A stretch of 64,000 nt of DNA from Marsupella aquatica (GCA_973895155.1 OZ316892.1:9342283-9406282), one strand, 5' to 3'; numbered from the stretch's first letter, positions 25,860-40,068 are shown. Translations and numbers: made by a program. The notes: generated by a model from the sequence alone, not told the origin.

Positions 25860-27170
25860 TTGAGAAATAAAGAGATTGTCAATCGGTCAGAATCTCTGTT
25901 CCTCTCAATCTGATCATTCCAGTTAATCGAGTAGATCATCAAATTGGACTGATCAATAGACACACAAGTTTATGTAGTGACAGGTTCAAGTCTTTAACCT
26001 TTACAGCTGTTTTGGATGACAGTTGTGAGAGTGTCACGGGTAGCGCGCCTCCTATTTTTAAACTCATTTCACACCATGCTTGCCATCCTCAATTCCGAAC
26101 GGGTTTGCAGTGCATCGTGTCGTACAGTGCTTGATTTTGGGCAGTGAATCATTCAAATTCGTGTACAAGCCAGCCCGACACTCTTTGTTCACATCTTGTG
26201 CTCGTTTACGCTTTAATTAGCTCGCGTAATTGACAGGCTATGTGCCAAAACAGGTGCACGTGATTCTTTTGAATACAATTCATCATTGCAATCTTCGTAT
26301 CATTTGTCAGATTTTTAAAACACTAATCACTAGAACTGTAGCTAGGACTCTTTTCGATAGATTGATAAGTACTCTACTCTTGAATTAAGTCTACAGTTCC
26401 CTTCTTTTGACTGTAGATCTATTTGAGTTCTCATTTTAGAATCTATTCTTCCTCTGCTCACAACTAGATGTTGGAAATCTGGCGTTTCCTTTCCTTTGCT
26501 CACAATTAGGTGTTGGAAATCTGGCGTTTCCTTTTGAGTGGCTGGTGTAAATCAATGATGCACTATCTTTTACCCCACTCCACTTTCTCCTATATTCACG
26601 GTAGGTTCTCACTATGTTATTCGTGCGATTCCTTAATTATACAGATTATCTTGTTAGGCCAGATGCAGGTTAGGGCTTTGCGGGTTTATCAAGAAAAAAC
26701 TAATTTAAAAAAAAACCAAAAAAACCTCAACTCCACCTTCATCCTGAACACCACATACATGTCTATGGTATGTAGTAGCCATCCCATTATCAGCGGCTTG
26801 TCCAATGGAAACAAATTCTTCCTAGCTTGGGAACCTAAAGAACATTCTCAAGAATACCAGAATAACCTTTACCTTGTCCTTTTGTGACAATTTTGATGTC
26901 TCTGCAGCCTTCAACCAATAGCTAGTGGTAGTTGGCAACCTATACTGACGGTGTATTTGGCAGTACAGACCGAAATGTATGAAAATATGACCTTACGCTA
27001 GCTAGTCATGTGCTTACGTGCACCATCGGCCATCTGCAGACCTAAATTTCAGTATCGTTCTTTGATGAAGAAATGGTCTCAGTACGTGGTGGAGACAATA
27101 GCTTCACTTTTTTATGACTTGATGTCACTGGCTGTACGCCTTCCGTGGTTGCCATTTCATGTACGTGGCA

Positions 27171-27281
27171 TTGTAGAGCATGGACGAAATGTCAGTCCTT
27201 AAGCCCTAGCTAACTACTACCCAGGAGGAAAAACGAGCTTGCTGCTCGAACCATCCTGGCCTTACTTTTGACCAAGTAAGT
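27171..27281 (+). pseudogene. Degenerate duplicate of homeobox exon 2
   Basis: TTGTAG|AGCATGGACG..CCTTAAGCCCTA..ACCCAGGAG..GAGCTTGCTGCTCGAAC..ACCAA|GTAAG mirrors 25564-25660 but has indels and a stop. Confidence 0.8.
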
Positions 27282-30200
27282 TACTGAACTAGCTAGAAGC
27301 ATCACAGCATGACTCCTCTCCTTCCGTAATAAGAGTTTTCTTCGGATTGTGGTGATAGAACTGGAGATAGAGGACATGCATGTTACTTCTCAACCGGAAG
27401 GCAAATGAAACACTATTGGTACAAAAGGATGTTGGTAGTTAGGTTACAGTGCCACTTTGGAGCCCGCATGAATGTCCAGAATTCTACTTGCTGTCTTGGG
27501 AAGGGTGCCAATATTTGCATTTATGAGGACTCTTTCATAAAGTTTTTCATACAGAGAAGATTGTTGTTCGTATCTTTAAACCCTCGAAAACTGGATTGCT
27601 TTCTAATCTCGTTAATTATCGGCTCTTTCCATGAAAGTATTAATACAATACTTTAATAAAAATGAAGAGACTAACAAGATAATTCATGAACTGGTGGTTC
27701 AAGTTGTAAGTCGAAACCAAACTTGTAATGAAGCTGACTAGTAGAATATATGGGTCCAACATGATTCGTAAGTAGAATGGTGATCGAGTAGGTTGCATTC
27801 TGCTTTGAATTGTGTTGAACAATTCTCATAAAACTTGAAACAAGTTGAGGGAAAGTAATGCCACGGCATAGTTGCTTCCAAGCTATCCACGACTACGATG
27901 GACTGTGACAGTCTCTCCAGACTTTACACAGTCAATGCGGATGAAAAATCTATAAATCTAGCTTTTGCATTTATTTATTACAACTTACCAATTAGGTCAT
28001 ACTATATATATATATATATATAACCTTGCCTATTATACAAGAGTTGCCTAGCATAACTCTAATTCTCCTCGATCTATGTGGTAACCCCTGGATACGCCAT
28101 ACCACAATGATAACTCTAATTCTCCCTCCATGTTGTAACCCTTGGATACGCCATTCCACAATGATATGGATACTAAACTTGTGATGCCGAGAAGTGTGTC
28201 CCAATCGGATAGTTAACTAACCAGAACCAATCTTTGGTCGAGCTCCACCGATGCTTGGTGTGTCGCCAAATCCTCCTGAAACCATTCTATGGAGCTTCTC
28301 TCCCAAACCATTTCAAAACTAGAAATCACGAAGTCAAGAAGTCGACTATCATCATCGCTTGGTCACAATCGCGACTGGTGCTGCTTTTGTCATCTTGTTC
28401 TGGAGTTCCTGTGAACTTCTAGCATTTCTTAGCAGACCTGCTCTTCACAGATAAGCTAATCGATGAATGGCACTGGCAGGACTGATACAGTTGCAGTCGT
28501 CACGTTCCCTACCTTCGAATTTTACGTCGAGTTACCAGCGAAACGTGGAATTTGTCACAATTAAAAGCAGGGCTCATCCTTAAAAAATTGGTCGTGGGAC
28601 TTTAAACGTCGAAGGTAAAAGCCGACGAGCAGTCCGGATCGATGGTCCTCGCCTCTCATGATAACGACCGTAATTGACGGAGCTGAGAGACCGTCGGCTG
28701 CAATTCGTAAGAAGCCATTTACCCTATCTGTGAATGTCACCATCTCCCCGGCTGTTGCCAGATTCTGTGCGTAATTCCGTCCAGTAGTACTTCTGATATG
28801 TAGGCCCAGTGCTTACTGAGACAAGAACAAGCCGGCCACTGCAGAGTACCTAGAGCTGTCCGTGGATAAGATCGATCAGCGACATAGAAAACGGTCCAAG
28901 GATGTCGCTATTTCTCATAATTATAATCACAAACTTCATCATTTCTGACTAAACCCTAAACCCTACGGCCTGTAAACTACGTACAGACGTAGTTTGACCG
29001 TTTCCTGCATCCATTCTTCCTGGTGTAACCTCGCAGATAGGGACACCTACAGACTGAAACAAGCTTGAATGTAATGTCCGCGCCGAGAGTACATCACCAC
29101 TGATGCTGCCAGCCAAGGCCTCGGCCCGACAATGGATATGCTTACTCTGAAACCCTGCACTATATATCGTATTTTCCTCAAGATTCAACTCCTTGGCAAA
29201 TGAATCATGCAGACCCACACAGAGAACGTAATCAAAGGGAAGGCCGGGTGAAAAACAGATTTGAGTTTGAGATTGCATGTAGTCAGAATCCATGAAGTGG
29301 AATGTTCTTAGCACGATTAGTAAAATTTTGTTCGCATGAGATGGACACGCTACCTTGCCAACTTTGGTCAAACCAACCTCATGGCAAAATTTTCTACCTT
29401 CGGGCGGAACTGAGTGCCTGTCTGGAAAACATGGCAGCTTTTCTGAGATAATGATTGACTATATCTGGTTTTAGTGATCAGCTTGCAGTCGCAATCAAAA
29501 TCGGGTTTGGGAAAGTGCCACCACATGGGTATTTTGTAGAGATCCCATATCTACATCTCTAGTTGCAGTCCCAATTTGTAACATAATGTTCAGTCCCTGA
29601 CTTGAGTAAAGAACATGAATGCAACCTTTTTTCTTCTTACAAGTAGAAATCATAGGTGATTTAAAGGGTAAGACTTGCAGCAGACCCGATGTGGTGACCA
29701 ATGAAACAGAAAATTGGCCATGACAGCAGTGACGACGTGAGTGAACGAAGATAGCCAAGAGAGATGCCATCCTGCGTCGCGTTCAAAGCCTCCTTGGCTA
29801 TGGCTCACAACCTGCCTACTCGGCTTGTGCTCCTCTATCCCTACAACACCAGGAGTGTTCTGTGACAGCAATACATGACTGCTGATGCGTCTGAAGTATG
29901 ACCACAAGGAGTAACGCAAACTGTTTAGCAATAACCAAATTTGGGGAGCCCTGTGGATTCCTTAGGACCAGAGGACAGTCTCTGAACTATAATTATTGAT
30001 AACGAGTTCAATCCCGAAGATGTTGTTGCGTAAACAAGTCGTTGCATTAAAGATATCGTTAAGTTCTTGCTTGGAAAACTGTGCACACGAAATTTAACTC
30101 ACTTTTGGTTACTTGAAGTTCAAATTGAAATTTGTCTGATGGGCCTTATAGCTATCCGTGAAGTAGCAATAGCAAACATTACCAATACTACGACGTAAAA

Positions 30201-33130
30201 ATATGTAGTTGTGATTGAAGCACAGAACCAGAGCACAATCTGCAGTCTGGCCGACACAACACCAGAACAGACTGAGTACAATTGCCCACTGCCGCACAAG
30301 CTGCCAATCTCACACCAAGTCCTGCAATCGGGCCTGCAATTCAGCCATTAGAACAACTGTCCACCCCTATCCCACTGGCAGAAGTAATTCTAGACGAAAG
30401 CTCGACTATGGGGCGCGCTTCACGTGATCTCCTTTAACGTCTTCCACAATTTGTTCATGATTCCAAATTTTGACATTTTCCTAATACAAGAACATATTAA
30501 GCTGTCGTCTGTTGATGGGTGTATCTTCTCTCCGTTTCAGGGCGGGGAAGAAACATATAAGCTCCATAGTGTTTGTCCATGTAATCCATCTCATGAAACG
30601 AAAATTTTGGATGCCAGGGGTTTTGTATTCTGAACTGGTACCGGATGGCGTTCACAGATAGCATGTATTGAGTGTTTAGAAGTATGGACATTTTCTCACA
30701 GGTACCGGATGGCGTTCACAGGTACCATGTATTGATAGTTTAGAAGTATGGACATTGCAAGCATCAGTCTGTCCGATCAGGTGACCCACTACTGGTTTGA
30801 CTGTGACACAGGTAGGTCCTTTCCATATAATTAGTAAATGTTTGCATCTGTTACGACTGTCGGGGATTCGTTGTGCAATGGTAGCGCATAGGACTCACGA
30901 TCAGGGGATTCGGATCCGATCCAAGGCGGGTTTGACTCAGGTAAATGTCAGCATACAAAAGACTTGCCCTTTTGATTATGATATTTACAGCACATGATCC
31001 CTCAGTTCAACCTTTTCTAATTGTTCACCACTTGCCGTGCAGGATTACACAATCTTGTAAGTTGTTCTTGGGTAGAACTGCGATCGTCTGAATTCAGTCT
31101 CGTAGTTTCCATTTCTCTCTTTTAATGTTAAAATCGTGTTTCTTCATTCGTATCGTTGGTGTTAGCTTGTCTCAGATTGTTCATCGTCACAGAACGCCTC
31201 ACTGTCGTTGAATTTCGAATTGCTCATTATTTTGATTCCTCAGGTGACACGGAAGGAGTCCTCTGTCTTGCCAAAATTAGCTCACACGAAGAGAAACTCA
31301 AAAACAAGAAAAATATAAACAATGTTTATGCATTCTGTTTCCAACCCTGAATGTCTTGTGTTTGTCCTCCAGAAGTTCAGATGGGCTGATTTTCTCCCCT
31401 AGTCCCAATCTCCCGTTTAGTATGTTTGGTCCACTATTCAATTTATATTTTGAATAGTGATCATGTCATGGTCTTGCGATCAACATTCGTGGCACTGTAC
31501 TCCCTCAAGTGTCACTGAAATGTCTTTACTTCTCTTAACGTAGTTGATTATCGATCAATGCATAACTTGATCGAAAAGATTAATTGTCCTTCATACTGTG
31601 ATTCTGTCTCTTACAGTGAGAGCTCACACGCTGTTGCTCTCTCGGATTGGTTTGATGGCTGTTGTGTACAGGAGTCGCTGGCTCCTTGACCCATTGATAT
31701 TTCTTTGATTCAATTTTCATACTGCACGCGCTCCGCTGGATTCTAACGCTGAATCCTTCCAACAAATGTTACTTTGAGAAGACGTTCTTGACCGATGATT
31801 GTGTAACTTTTTCGAGTCCTTGGATCACCGTCCACGGAAGACGTGTGGGGAAACAATTCTTCAAGTGCATCGCCGTCCATCCTAGCCTATGCTGTCTTTT
31901 TCCAATCGCAATTACAGGTGAGTCGGATTTGAGTGACCTGGTATACTAACCAATGGAGCTCCCAATGCTTGGCTTATTACGGAACGTGGAAGATAGAAGC
32001 AATGACCAAGATTGATCCTGTCTTCTCTCAATATTGACGGTTATTAACGGAGGCATCATCGGCTAAAACACATTAGAAGGCACTTACCTGCAAATATCGC
32101 ATTGACACGGACCGAGGCCTGCTTCTGGACGTAGTTTTCCATGCAGTACGACCTTTCGATATGCCCAGGCAGGTCACACAAGTGCTGATGGAGACTGGAA
32201 AAAGCTTTCCGTGGATGCAATCAGCTGCATACAAAAGTGGCCAATGCTGTCGCTGTTTCTCATACGATCAGGAATCTTCATCACTGGGAGATTTGAGAGT
32301 ACTCTGAAGGTTAGAGTCTGTTATATAGAGACATCATTGGACCATTTTCTGCATTCAAACTCTCACTGGTCCAATTACCACTAAATACGTCCATAGAGTA
32401 AGCAGACCCAAATTTGTCGAAAATTTCCACAGTGACATCACTGTCATAGTAATCAGGAATTTGAACAAGTCGTGCAATTAAAAAACATGTCGAGACACCC
32501 TTGATGCATGTGACGAACTCACAACAAATCAATAAAGTTGACATGATGGTGACCAAAGTAAGTTGTTATGATCGGAAAATTCAAAGGTGCCCTCACTGAC
32601 ATTCCGGGACGTCAATGTACATCAGGAACGTGCACGAGTCTTGCAATTGAAAACGTCTCGAGACACCCTTGATCCTCAACAAATCAATAAAGTTGACATC
32701 ATGGTCAAAGAAAGTTGCTATCGAATGAACCTTACAACATCTCCTCCGCATGACGCTAAAAAGTAGTTGGAGCACCAATTGCACTCTCAGTAAGTCTTCA
32801 CGCATCTCGGGTTTCTACTTTTAGTACATTTTCTACTTCCTCCTGAAGTGCATCATCTCCAAATCTTACATTTTCCTGCCTTATATTGTTCGCAATTAGA
32901 CTACAGAAACCTCCAAGTTAAGGCATACTTCTAGTGAATGGACTTAATAATCCTGCTGGTCGGTATCTCCCGACCATTGTCCTACCTAGTTCTCCATGCT
33001 GGAATCGAAGTTCATGTGGGTCATTGCGACTCGAATGCTGATGAGTTGATCTCTCGAAGATTCCGAATTGGTGCAGAAAATACCACATACTATAATATTG
33101 CGTAGTAAAAGGATATTTATTTTATGCCGT

Positions 33131-33759
33131 CTACCCATGCATGGACCTCTTCTTCGCCAGCAGTGTCTCAAAACCAAGGTACGAAACAAGAGAGCCGATT
33201 GCAAACACGGAGAAAACAGCAGAGGCAATATCTATAGAAGTGGATCTTCCAGTGATGGGCTCAACTGTGAAAAGGTTAGTAGTTTTGTTCTTGTTCGTGG
33301 TCTGGCCGAAAGCTACCTCGTTTCCCATTGCATCGACGGCGTATGCACGAATAAAGTAGATGGCTTTGGGGACCTTCTTTTCCACCACCCAGGCAGTGCT
33401 GTTTCCTGCTGCTACATACTTCTGCGAGGCAATGTTGGCAGCGCTGCAAGTCTTGTCCAAATGCAGATCGGGCTTGGTCTTCCTCCAGCCACGATCGACC
33501 TGGCTGGGAGGAGCGAAGCACAGTTTGATGTTCACCTTCGAGTACGTCGCATCCGCCCCAGCGAAAGACGAATTGAAAGACCACCGCACCGCTATTTTAT
33601 CCACCCCCGTCTTGGCGACCCCCTGAGGCTCGTTGGGATTTGCTCTCTGGATCTCGGATGTCACCACCAGAGTCTTGTTCAGAGTCGCAAATAAGACCCC
33701 GCCTTCCACCATGCTCACTAGGCCAAGCAAAGTTACCCACACAACTGGAGCCATTCCTA

Positions 33760-33763
<4 letters not shown>
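33131..33763 (-). CDS. NAR2: High-affinity nitrate transporter accessory protein NAR2/NRT3
   Basis: Signal peptide, V(L)F.TL.KTL.VT, KLCFAPPSQVDRGWRK, YFIRAYAVD, VAFGQT and C-terminal TM segment SIDIASAVFSVF. Intact and intronless. Confidence 0.95.

Positions 33764-33813
<50 letters not shown>
33763..33813. repeat. (CT/AG)n microsatellite abutting the NAR2 start codon
   Basis: About 25 uninterrupted TC units directly 5' of the NAR2 ATG. Confidence 0.98.
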
Positions 33814-33815
<2 letters not shown>

Positions 33816-34351
33816 GTCAAACCTTTTTTCACAGCGATGGTGCCAATCGATCAGGACAGCAGAGTTCGCCACTCTCTTCAATCACTCGATGTCTATCGGA
33901 AACGATGCAGAACTCCTCTACACTAATATCTTGATGACCGGGCGTGGCACTTTATACCAACTAGTCAGCTCGAATCCTGCCTCTGCAATAGCGACCTCTA
34001 CTGATTTTCAGGTAGGATCGTCGGGAGTGCAATCCCAGCTACAGTGCCGAGATCAAATATCCCACTGCTCCTTCTCCTCTCACTCACTCTCGTACGATTA
34101 CGTATTACAATTCCATCTCGGCCGTGGGCTGTCAGCTGGCTTGTTCGTGAACAGTTTCAGCCCGGGAAACGGAACCTTTAGTGCCGTAGTACAGTACCGA
34201 TTACCACGCCAGATCTGCTTTTGTTGGATACTATTCAGGTGATCTCGTCTCTACCACTACAGTCCGGAGGCGTACTGATTGGAATGCAGGATGCAATTTT
34301 TCCGGAAAGAATGCTGCCGTCACGGATCTGTTGCGGTCTCCTTGAAAGCAT

Positions 34352-34840
34352 GAGTATGATTGTGCGACTGCGCTTGAAGCAAGGAAAATGCGGCCGTTCT
34401 GATGTCCGCCCCTGTCCTTTGGAGACGACGGTGTGTTTCGGTGCCCCCAGATTTGGCGATCGAACGGCCGCGTTTCTTCCGGTGAGACACGTGGCCCTCT
34501 TGCTGGCCCCGGTTGCAACGACTGTCGTCGACGAGGGTGCGTCCACTTTCCATCAAGTTCCGGATCCTCCGATGCTCCTCATCCAACGGCCACTGTATGA
34601 GGATGATTGTGCGACTGCGCTTGAAGCAAGGAATATGCGGCCATTCCGACTCCCGCCCCTGTCCTTTGGAGACGACGGTGTGTTTCAGTGCCCCCAGATG
34701 TGAGGATCGAACGGCCGCATTTCTTTCGGGTGGGCCACGTGGCCCTCTTGCTTGCCCCGGTTTGCGAATGTCGTCGACGAGGGTGCGTCTACTTTCCATC
34801 AGTTCCGAATCCTCCAATGCTCATCATCCAACGGCCATTG
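34352..34840. repeat. GC-rich tandem duplication, 2 x ~247 bp
   Basis: ATGATTGTGCGACTGCGCTTGAAGCAAGG at 34356 and 34603 with collinear downstream sequence. Confidence 0.9.
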
Positions 34841-36148
34841 TGAATTGGCCGCTTCAAGGGGACATTATGATGAGTCACGGCATCTCTCAGCAAAACATGC
34901 CTCGTCGGCCGCGAATCCAACCCAATTAACGTACGGCATGGTCGTCTGTCACCGTACATTACTGTACTTTTGGAATATACGTCGTGAATGGAATATTTGT
35001 GGTGAGCGCCGCTTCACCGGAGGGGAATCTGTGTTGGCGGGTAGCCGGACGCATTCTTAAATTTGGGCCTGGGGTTTAGCGCGCTTCACCGGAGGGATAT
35101 CTGTCTTGAGGGCAAAGCCGGACGCACTTGGCGGGAACCTGGGGGGTTTGGCGGGAACCTGGGCAAAGGGGGTGATGCCCTCGAATGAGGGGGGAACAGG
35201 CACTGTAAACTTGGGGAGTCCCATTGTGCTCTGTAGTGTCTGACCCTGTGTATATATCACAATGCCAAAAGACAGAAGCACCAAATGGGGAAACATGATC
35301 CTAAAGCAAAAGGAATCCAATTTAAAGAGGGGGGGAAGGGAAAGACCCCCAAAGACCAAAGTAGCCAAACAAATCAAGGAGCATCCCACAAAAACTAAAA
35401 ACTAAAATCCCTACTAGGCCGTAAACTAAAAGGCTTGGTGGTTTGTGACTTCATGCACTTCTGGACAACTTACTGGTGTCTCTTCATCTCTCACGGGCTA
35501 ACCCATTCGCTTCAGAGGGTTGGTGGCTGAGGGCGATCAGCTGGGGGGAACGATGAGTTATATACCTTTACACGAAGAATGGGTACTAGCCTTGACTATC
35601 TGTTCCTTGAACAAAAAGAGAGGATGAGGATATATACCTTTAGAAGAAGAATGGGTACTACCCTTGACTCTCTGTTCCTTGAACAAAAAGAGAGGGATGA
35701 GGACCAAAAAGTACATTGCACAGAACAGACTCCTGGCTGTTTTAGATTTTTGTCAGTGTGTTTTGTGAATTAGAGTAGAGTCTGTGCCTAGAGGCTTCAC
35801 TTTGGACCTAAGACCTTAAAACTAGCTTCTGTTTGCAAATTACTAGTAAGAAACACCAGTACTTATAGCGCAGACCAAATGAAGTGGACCATGCCAACCT
35901 TTAAATGTAACTCCCAGGCTTATGATGAATGGAGGGGCCTATATAGCCAACACAGTCAATGTATTCCAAGAGATCCAGGACACCTTAGTAAATTCAGTTA
36001 GTTTGGGGGACACTTAGAAAGTTGTTTCACTGAAAATGGTCTAGGGAGTGAAAAAAACAGATATTGTTAGTGTATTTATTCAAGATTTTCATTTGCCGTT
36101 CCATGCAGCCCTCTGCCTTCTAATTATGGCCCTCCCTCTCCCAGTCCA

Positions 36149-38997
36149 TCCTAAACTATAATACACAGTTGCGCCAAAAAATGGAGTGGTCGTCATTCAA
36201 ATTTGGAGTGTCCTTTTGGGTGAGAATAATTGAAACCTGTAAATATGGAACCAATAAGGGGAGGGGAAAAAAAAAGGAACATGAGAAAACCTGGTACAGG
36301 GTTTGGTGTGCACAAAATAAGTACACAAAGATGCACAAGACAGGTATTATTGTACTTTCAGGTATAACATATGAGCTCATTACTCTTAGGAGCCCCAGGT
36401 ACAAGGTACAAAGGAGATAGAGGTCCTGTAAAAGGAGGTACAATTGTACCATCTTTCCTTTTGGAGTTTGGAGCTTTCTATTCTAAGCCTATGTGAGCTT
36501 ATAAGGGCTCCAGGCATTTAATGAGTACTTTTAAGCAACAACAACTACCCAATGGCAAGAAGAGGGAGTGTGAAGAGGAGCAATACCCATTACCCAATAG
36601 CTAGAAGAGGGAGAGCGAAGAGGGAGAGTGAAGAGGAAGGGATGATGACTCCTGAGACTACCCTGGCCGTTGTACATCAATCTAGGGATATCTGATGAAA
36701 AAGATATAATTCAAGAAAAATTGTTGAAGAATACTCCTAGCATTTCCTTCCTTTGAGAGGCTGACATTTGTCACACTGGCCAAAAACAAAACAAAAAATG
36801 TTGTAAAAAATGCTAGACCCAACATCCTGGGGTGGAATGAAACCCGAGACCCCAAGGTCCCATCCCCAACCTAACTCAATCTTGCCTCGGGTTCCAACTC
36901 CCCAACAACCCCTCAGTTGTTGTTAATTATGTCTTGCCACTTTGTTTAGCACAGGAAGAGGCATGGGGTGGGGGCCAAAATATCTGGACTAAAGTTGGTC
37001 CGGGGGTGGCAGGTCCTCTAATGTTGGAAAGTGTTGCAAACCACACCACCACCCCAGGGGGGCATGGTATTGGCAAGTAAGGAGCCGAGTAACTTGGATG
37101 AGGTTACCAAAGGGGTTCCATGCAAGGGGTAGGCAAATTGTTTTGTTGAAAAGTGGGCTGAGTCATGCCGTTGCCCCAAGGGGAATTGGCATTGGGGCGG
37201 CCACAGCCAAGTAAGCGGCCACGGTCAACTTTAAGCAAACTAAGCTTAAAGTAACCAAAAAAATTGGGGTTACTGATGGGGTTCCAAGATATATGCAAGG
37301 GTAGGGAAAGGGCCATTGAAAAGTCAGCCAAGCTGCTCCGTTACTCGAGGGGGTCTTGACATTGGGGCGGCCAATGCCAATTAAGCTATTGCGGTGACTT
37401 TAAGTAAGAACTCTAAGGTAGCCAAAACTTTGGGCCCAATGGGGTTCTAAGATGCAAGGGGTAGTGAAGAGTTGTTGAAAAGTCAGCCAAGCCGTGTCAT
37501 TATCCCAAGGGGTCTTGGCATCCCGCTCGGCATGGGGGCGGCCAAAGCCAAGTAAGCAGCCATGGTAACTTTAAGTAAAAAGCTTAAAGTAACAAAAACT
37601 TTGGGGTTATCAATGGGGCTTAAGGATGCAAGGGGTGGCAAAAAGTGGCAACAACTTAACAACTTTTTTTACTTAACATGGTTTACTAGCAATATTTTCA
37701 ATTGTACTTAAGAACATCTTTTACTTCACAACTTACATCTTTGTCTAATGACATCCCTTTACTTATCGATCATTTTGTACTTAACAAAAAAATACTTAAT
37801 AACATCTTTCGTGAAACATCATCTTTTACCTGACAACATCTTGGACATAAAGACATCTTTGGTGCAACGACATCTTTTACTTCACAACATTTTTCACATA
37901 AGAACATTTTTTCTTCACGACACCTTAATTTGGCATCACGACATCATAGTTCTTAATGACATCTTTTTACTTCACAACATCTTTCACATATTAACAACTT
38001 CTTTGGCAACATGACATCTTTTTTCTTAACGACATCTTTGGCAACATGACATCTTTTTATTTAAAAAAATCTTTGACAACATAACATGTTTTTACTTAAC
38101 AAAATTGTTGGCAACATCACCTTTTTTCATGACAACATCTTTGGCAACACAACATATTTTTTCTTAATGACATCTTTTGTGCAACGCACGGGTATTGAGC
38201 CATCTTTCACATATTAATGACATATTGGGTGAAACGACACTTTTTTATTTATAACATCTTTTACTTCACAATCACTTAGTTTGGCAAAATGACACCTTTT
38301 TCTTAACGCCATCTTTCACATAATGACATCTTTGGAAAAATGACTTCTTTTTTCTTAACGACATCTTTTTATTTCATGACATCTTTCAGATAACAACATC
38401 TTGGGCGACACAACATCTTTTGTCCTCAATGATGTCTTGGCCAACACGACATCTGTTTTCTCAACGACGGCTTGGCCGACACGACTTTTTTTTCATAATG
38501 ATGTCTTGTCCGACACAACATATTTTCTCTCAACGGCGTCTTGGCCGACATGACATCTTTTTTCTCAACGACTTCAAGATTTGCCAACACAAGATCCTTT
38601 ATCTCAATGATTTCTTGGCCGGTCACACGACATCTTTTTTATCAATGAGATCTTGGCCAACACGACATCATTTTTCTCAACGACCTCTTGGCCAATACAA
38701 CTTTTTTTCTCAACAACCTCTTGGTCGACACGGCATCTTTTTCCTCAACATAATCTTGGCCGACAGGACATCTTAGTTGACACGACATCTTTTGTTCTCA
38801 ACGACATCTTGGCCGACACGACATATTTTGTTTATCATCAACATCTTGCCGACACGACATCTTTTGTTCTCAAAAATTTCTTGGGCGACATGACATCTTT
38901 CTTCTTAACAACCTCTTGGTCGACATGACCTCTTTTGTTCTCAACGACATCTTGGTCGTCACGACATCTTTTGTGCAACGCACGGGTATTGAGCTAG
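36149..38997 (+). mobile_element. Non-autonomous Helitron (~2.85 kb) containing ~175-bp repeats and an ACGACATCTT minisatellite
   Basis: 3' end GTGCAACGCACGGGTATTGAG-CTAG|T (hairpin + CTAG before T). Candidate 5' end A|TCCTAAACTATAATA at 36149 (less certain). Internal copy of the 3' hairpin at ~38179. No Rep/helicase ORF. Confidence 0.7.
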
Positions 38998-39392
38998 TCA
39001 AACATAAAGGAAACACTAGAGTTAGCTAACGCAATCCAACAAAGCACGCTGACCTATATATAATTATGCGAAATAGATACTTCAGTGACAATGGATCGGA
39101 TAGGACCCGGACCCAGCAAACCAAAAGCGCAAAAGGCAACTTTCTGTAATAATGAGTCGCAATTTGAAACCCTGTTGATCTCTAAGGAGCCAGAGTGTAG
39201 TTCTCGTTCAAGGCTTTCTATGCTCCGAATATAAAAAGGTAAAAATAATTTGAAACCCTGTAGATCCACCAAACTGAAACGATTGAAATGATACAAAACC
39301 AAATCTGGACCGATCCCCCAGAGGGTGGCGCACTGTTCCTCATATAAATGCAAAAGTCAGCCGCAAGTTGCCCACGCCACTCACGCCACTAA

Positions 39393-39762
39393 CGCCAGGA
39401 AGTTCGATGCGATGCGGCTGGACGATCCGCTGAAATGACTTGTCCCCGGGACTTGGGAGCTCCCAAAGCTTGCGAATCTCTGTTTCCTTGACAAAGGTCT
39501 GCCACAAGCACCGAACTGTATGGCCCGCCTCCCCAAAATGCCGGATTTGAGCTGGGCCCAGATGGCTTGTTAAGCTTTCGCCAGGAAGTTCGATGCGATG
39601 CGGCTGGACGATCCGCTGAAATGACTTGTCCCCAGGAATTGGAAGCTCTCAAAGCTCGCGAATCGCTGTTTCCTTGGCACAGATCTGCCACAAACAGCGA
39701 ACTGGATGGCCCGCCTCAGTTGAATGCAGAATTTGAGTTGGGCCCAGATGGCTTATTAAAGC
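39393..39762. repeat. Tandem duplication, 2 x 186 bp, in the NRT2 proximal upstream region
   Basis: CGCCAGGAAGTTCGATGCGATGCGGCTGGACGATCCGCTGAAATGACTTGTCCCC at 39393 and 39579. Confidence 0.92.
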
Positions 39763-40068
39763 TTCCCTTCGCCTCGTCTTCAGGATATCTTTGCGAACTT
39801 GAAGTTCAAAGCATTTACCAGTCATTCCTTGAGAGGTGAAATGGCTAGTCTCCAGCTCCATTGACTAGTGCTGATCCTGTTGGATTATCTGAGCCAGTTC
39901 AATCTCCACTTCAGCCCCTAAGTTGAGTCTAATCCGGCTCAAGGATTAGGTAGGAGTTGAATTGTGAGGAAAGGTGAGAGAATTTGCATTGACTTTGTGA
40001 GAATACGAGAGAGATTTGGGCATTAAGTTGTGAGAAAAGGAAAGGCAATTTGCATAAGTTTTGAAGAA

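Noticed and set aside
28950-28965. TAAACCCTAAACCCT telomere-like repeat (also ~42898)
   Set aside because: Only about two units. Common telo-box-sized motif, not an interstitial telomere array.
28400-32800. Scattered minus-strand coding-like fragments (e.g. KELNLEENTIYSAGFQ, LRR-like) and short local duplications
   Set aside because: No coherent gene model or second diagnostic motif could be assembled. May be a decayed gene.
33944-33970. TGGCACTTT as an NLP nitrate-responsive element upstream of NAR2
   Set aside because: Only a partial half-site match without the spaced second half. Expected by chance.
40030-40068. GTG-initiated N-terminal extension of NRT2 in the ORF track
   Set aside because: This is a eukaryotic gene, and homology to plant NRT2 begins at ATG 40069.
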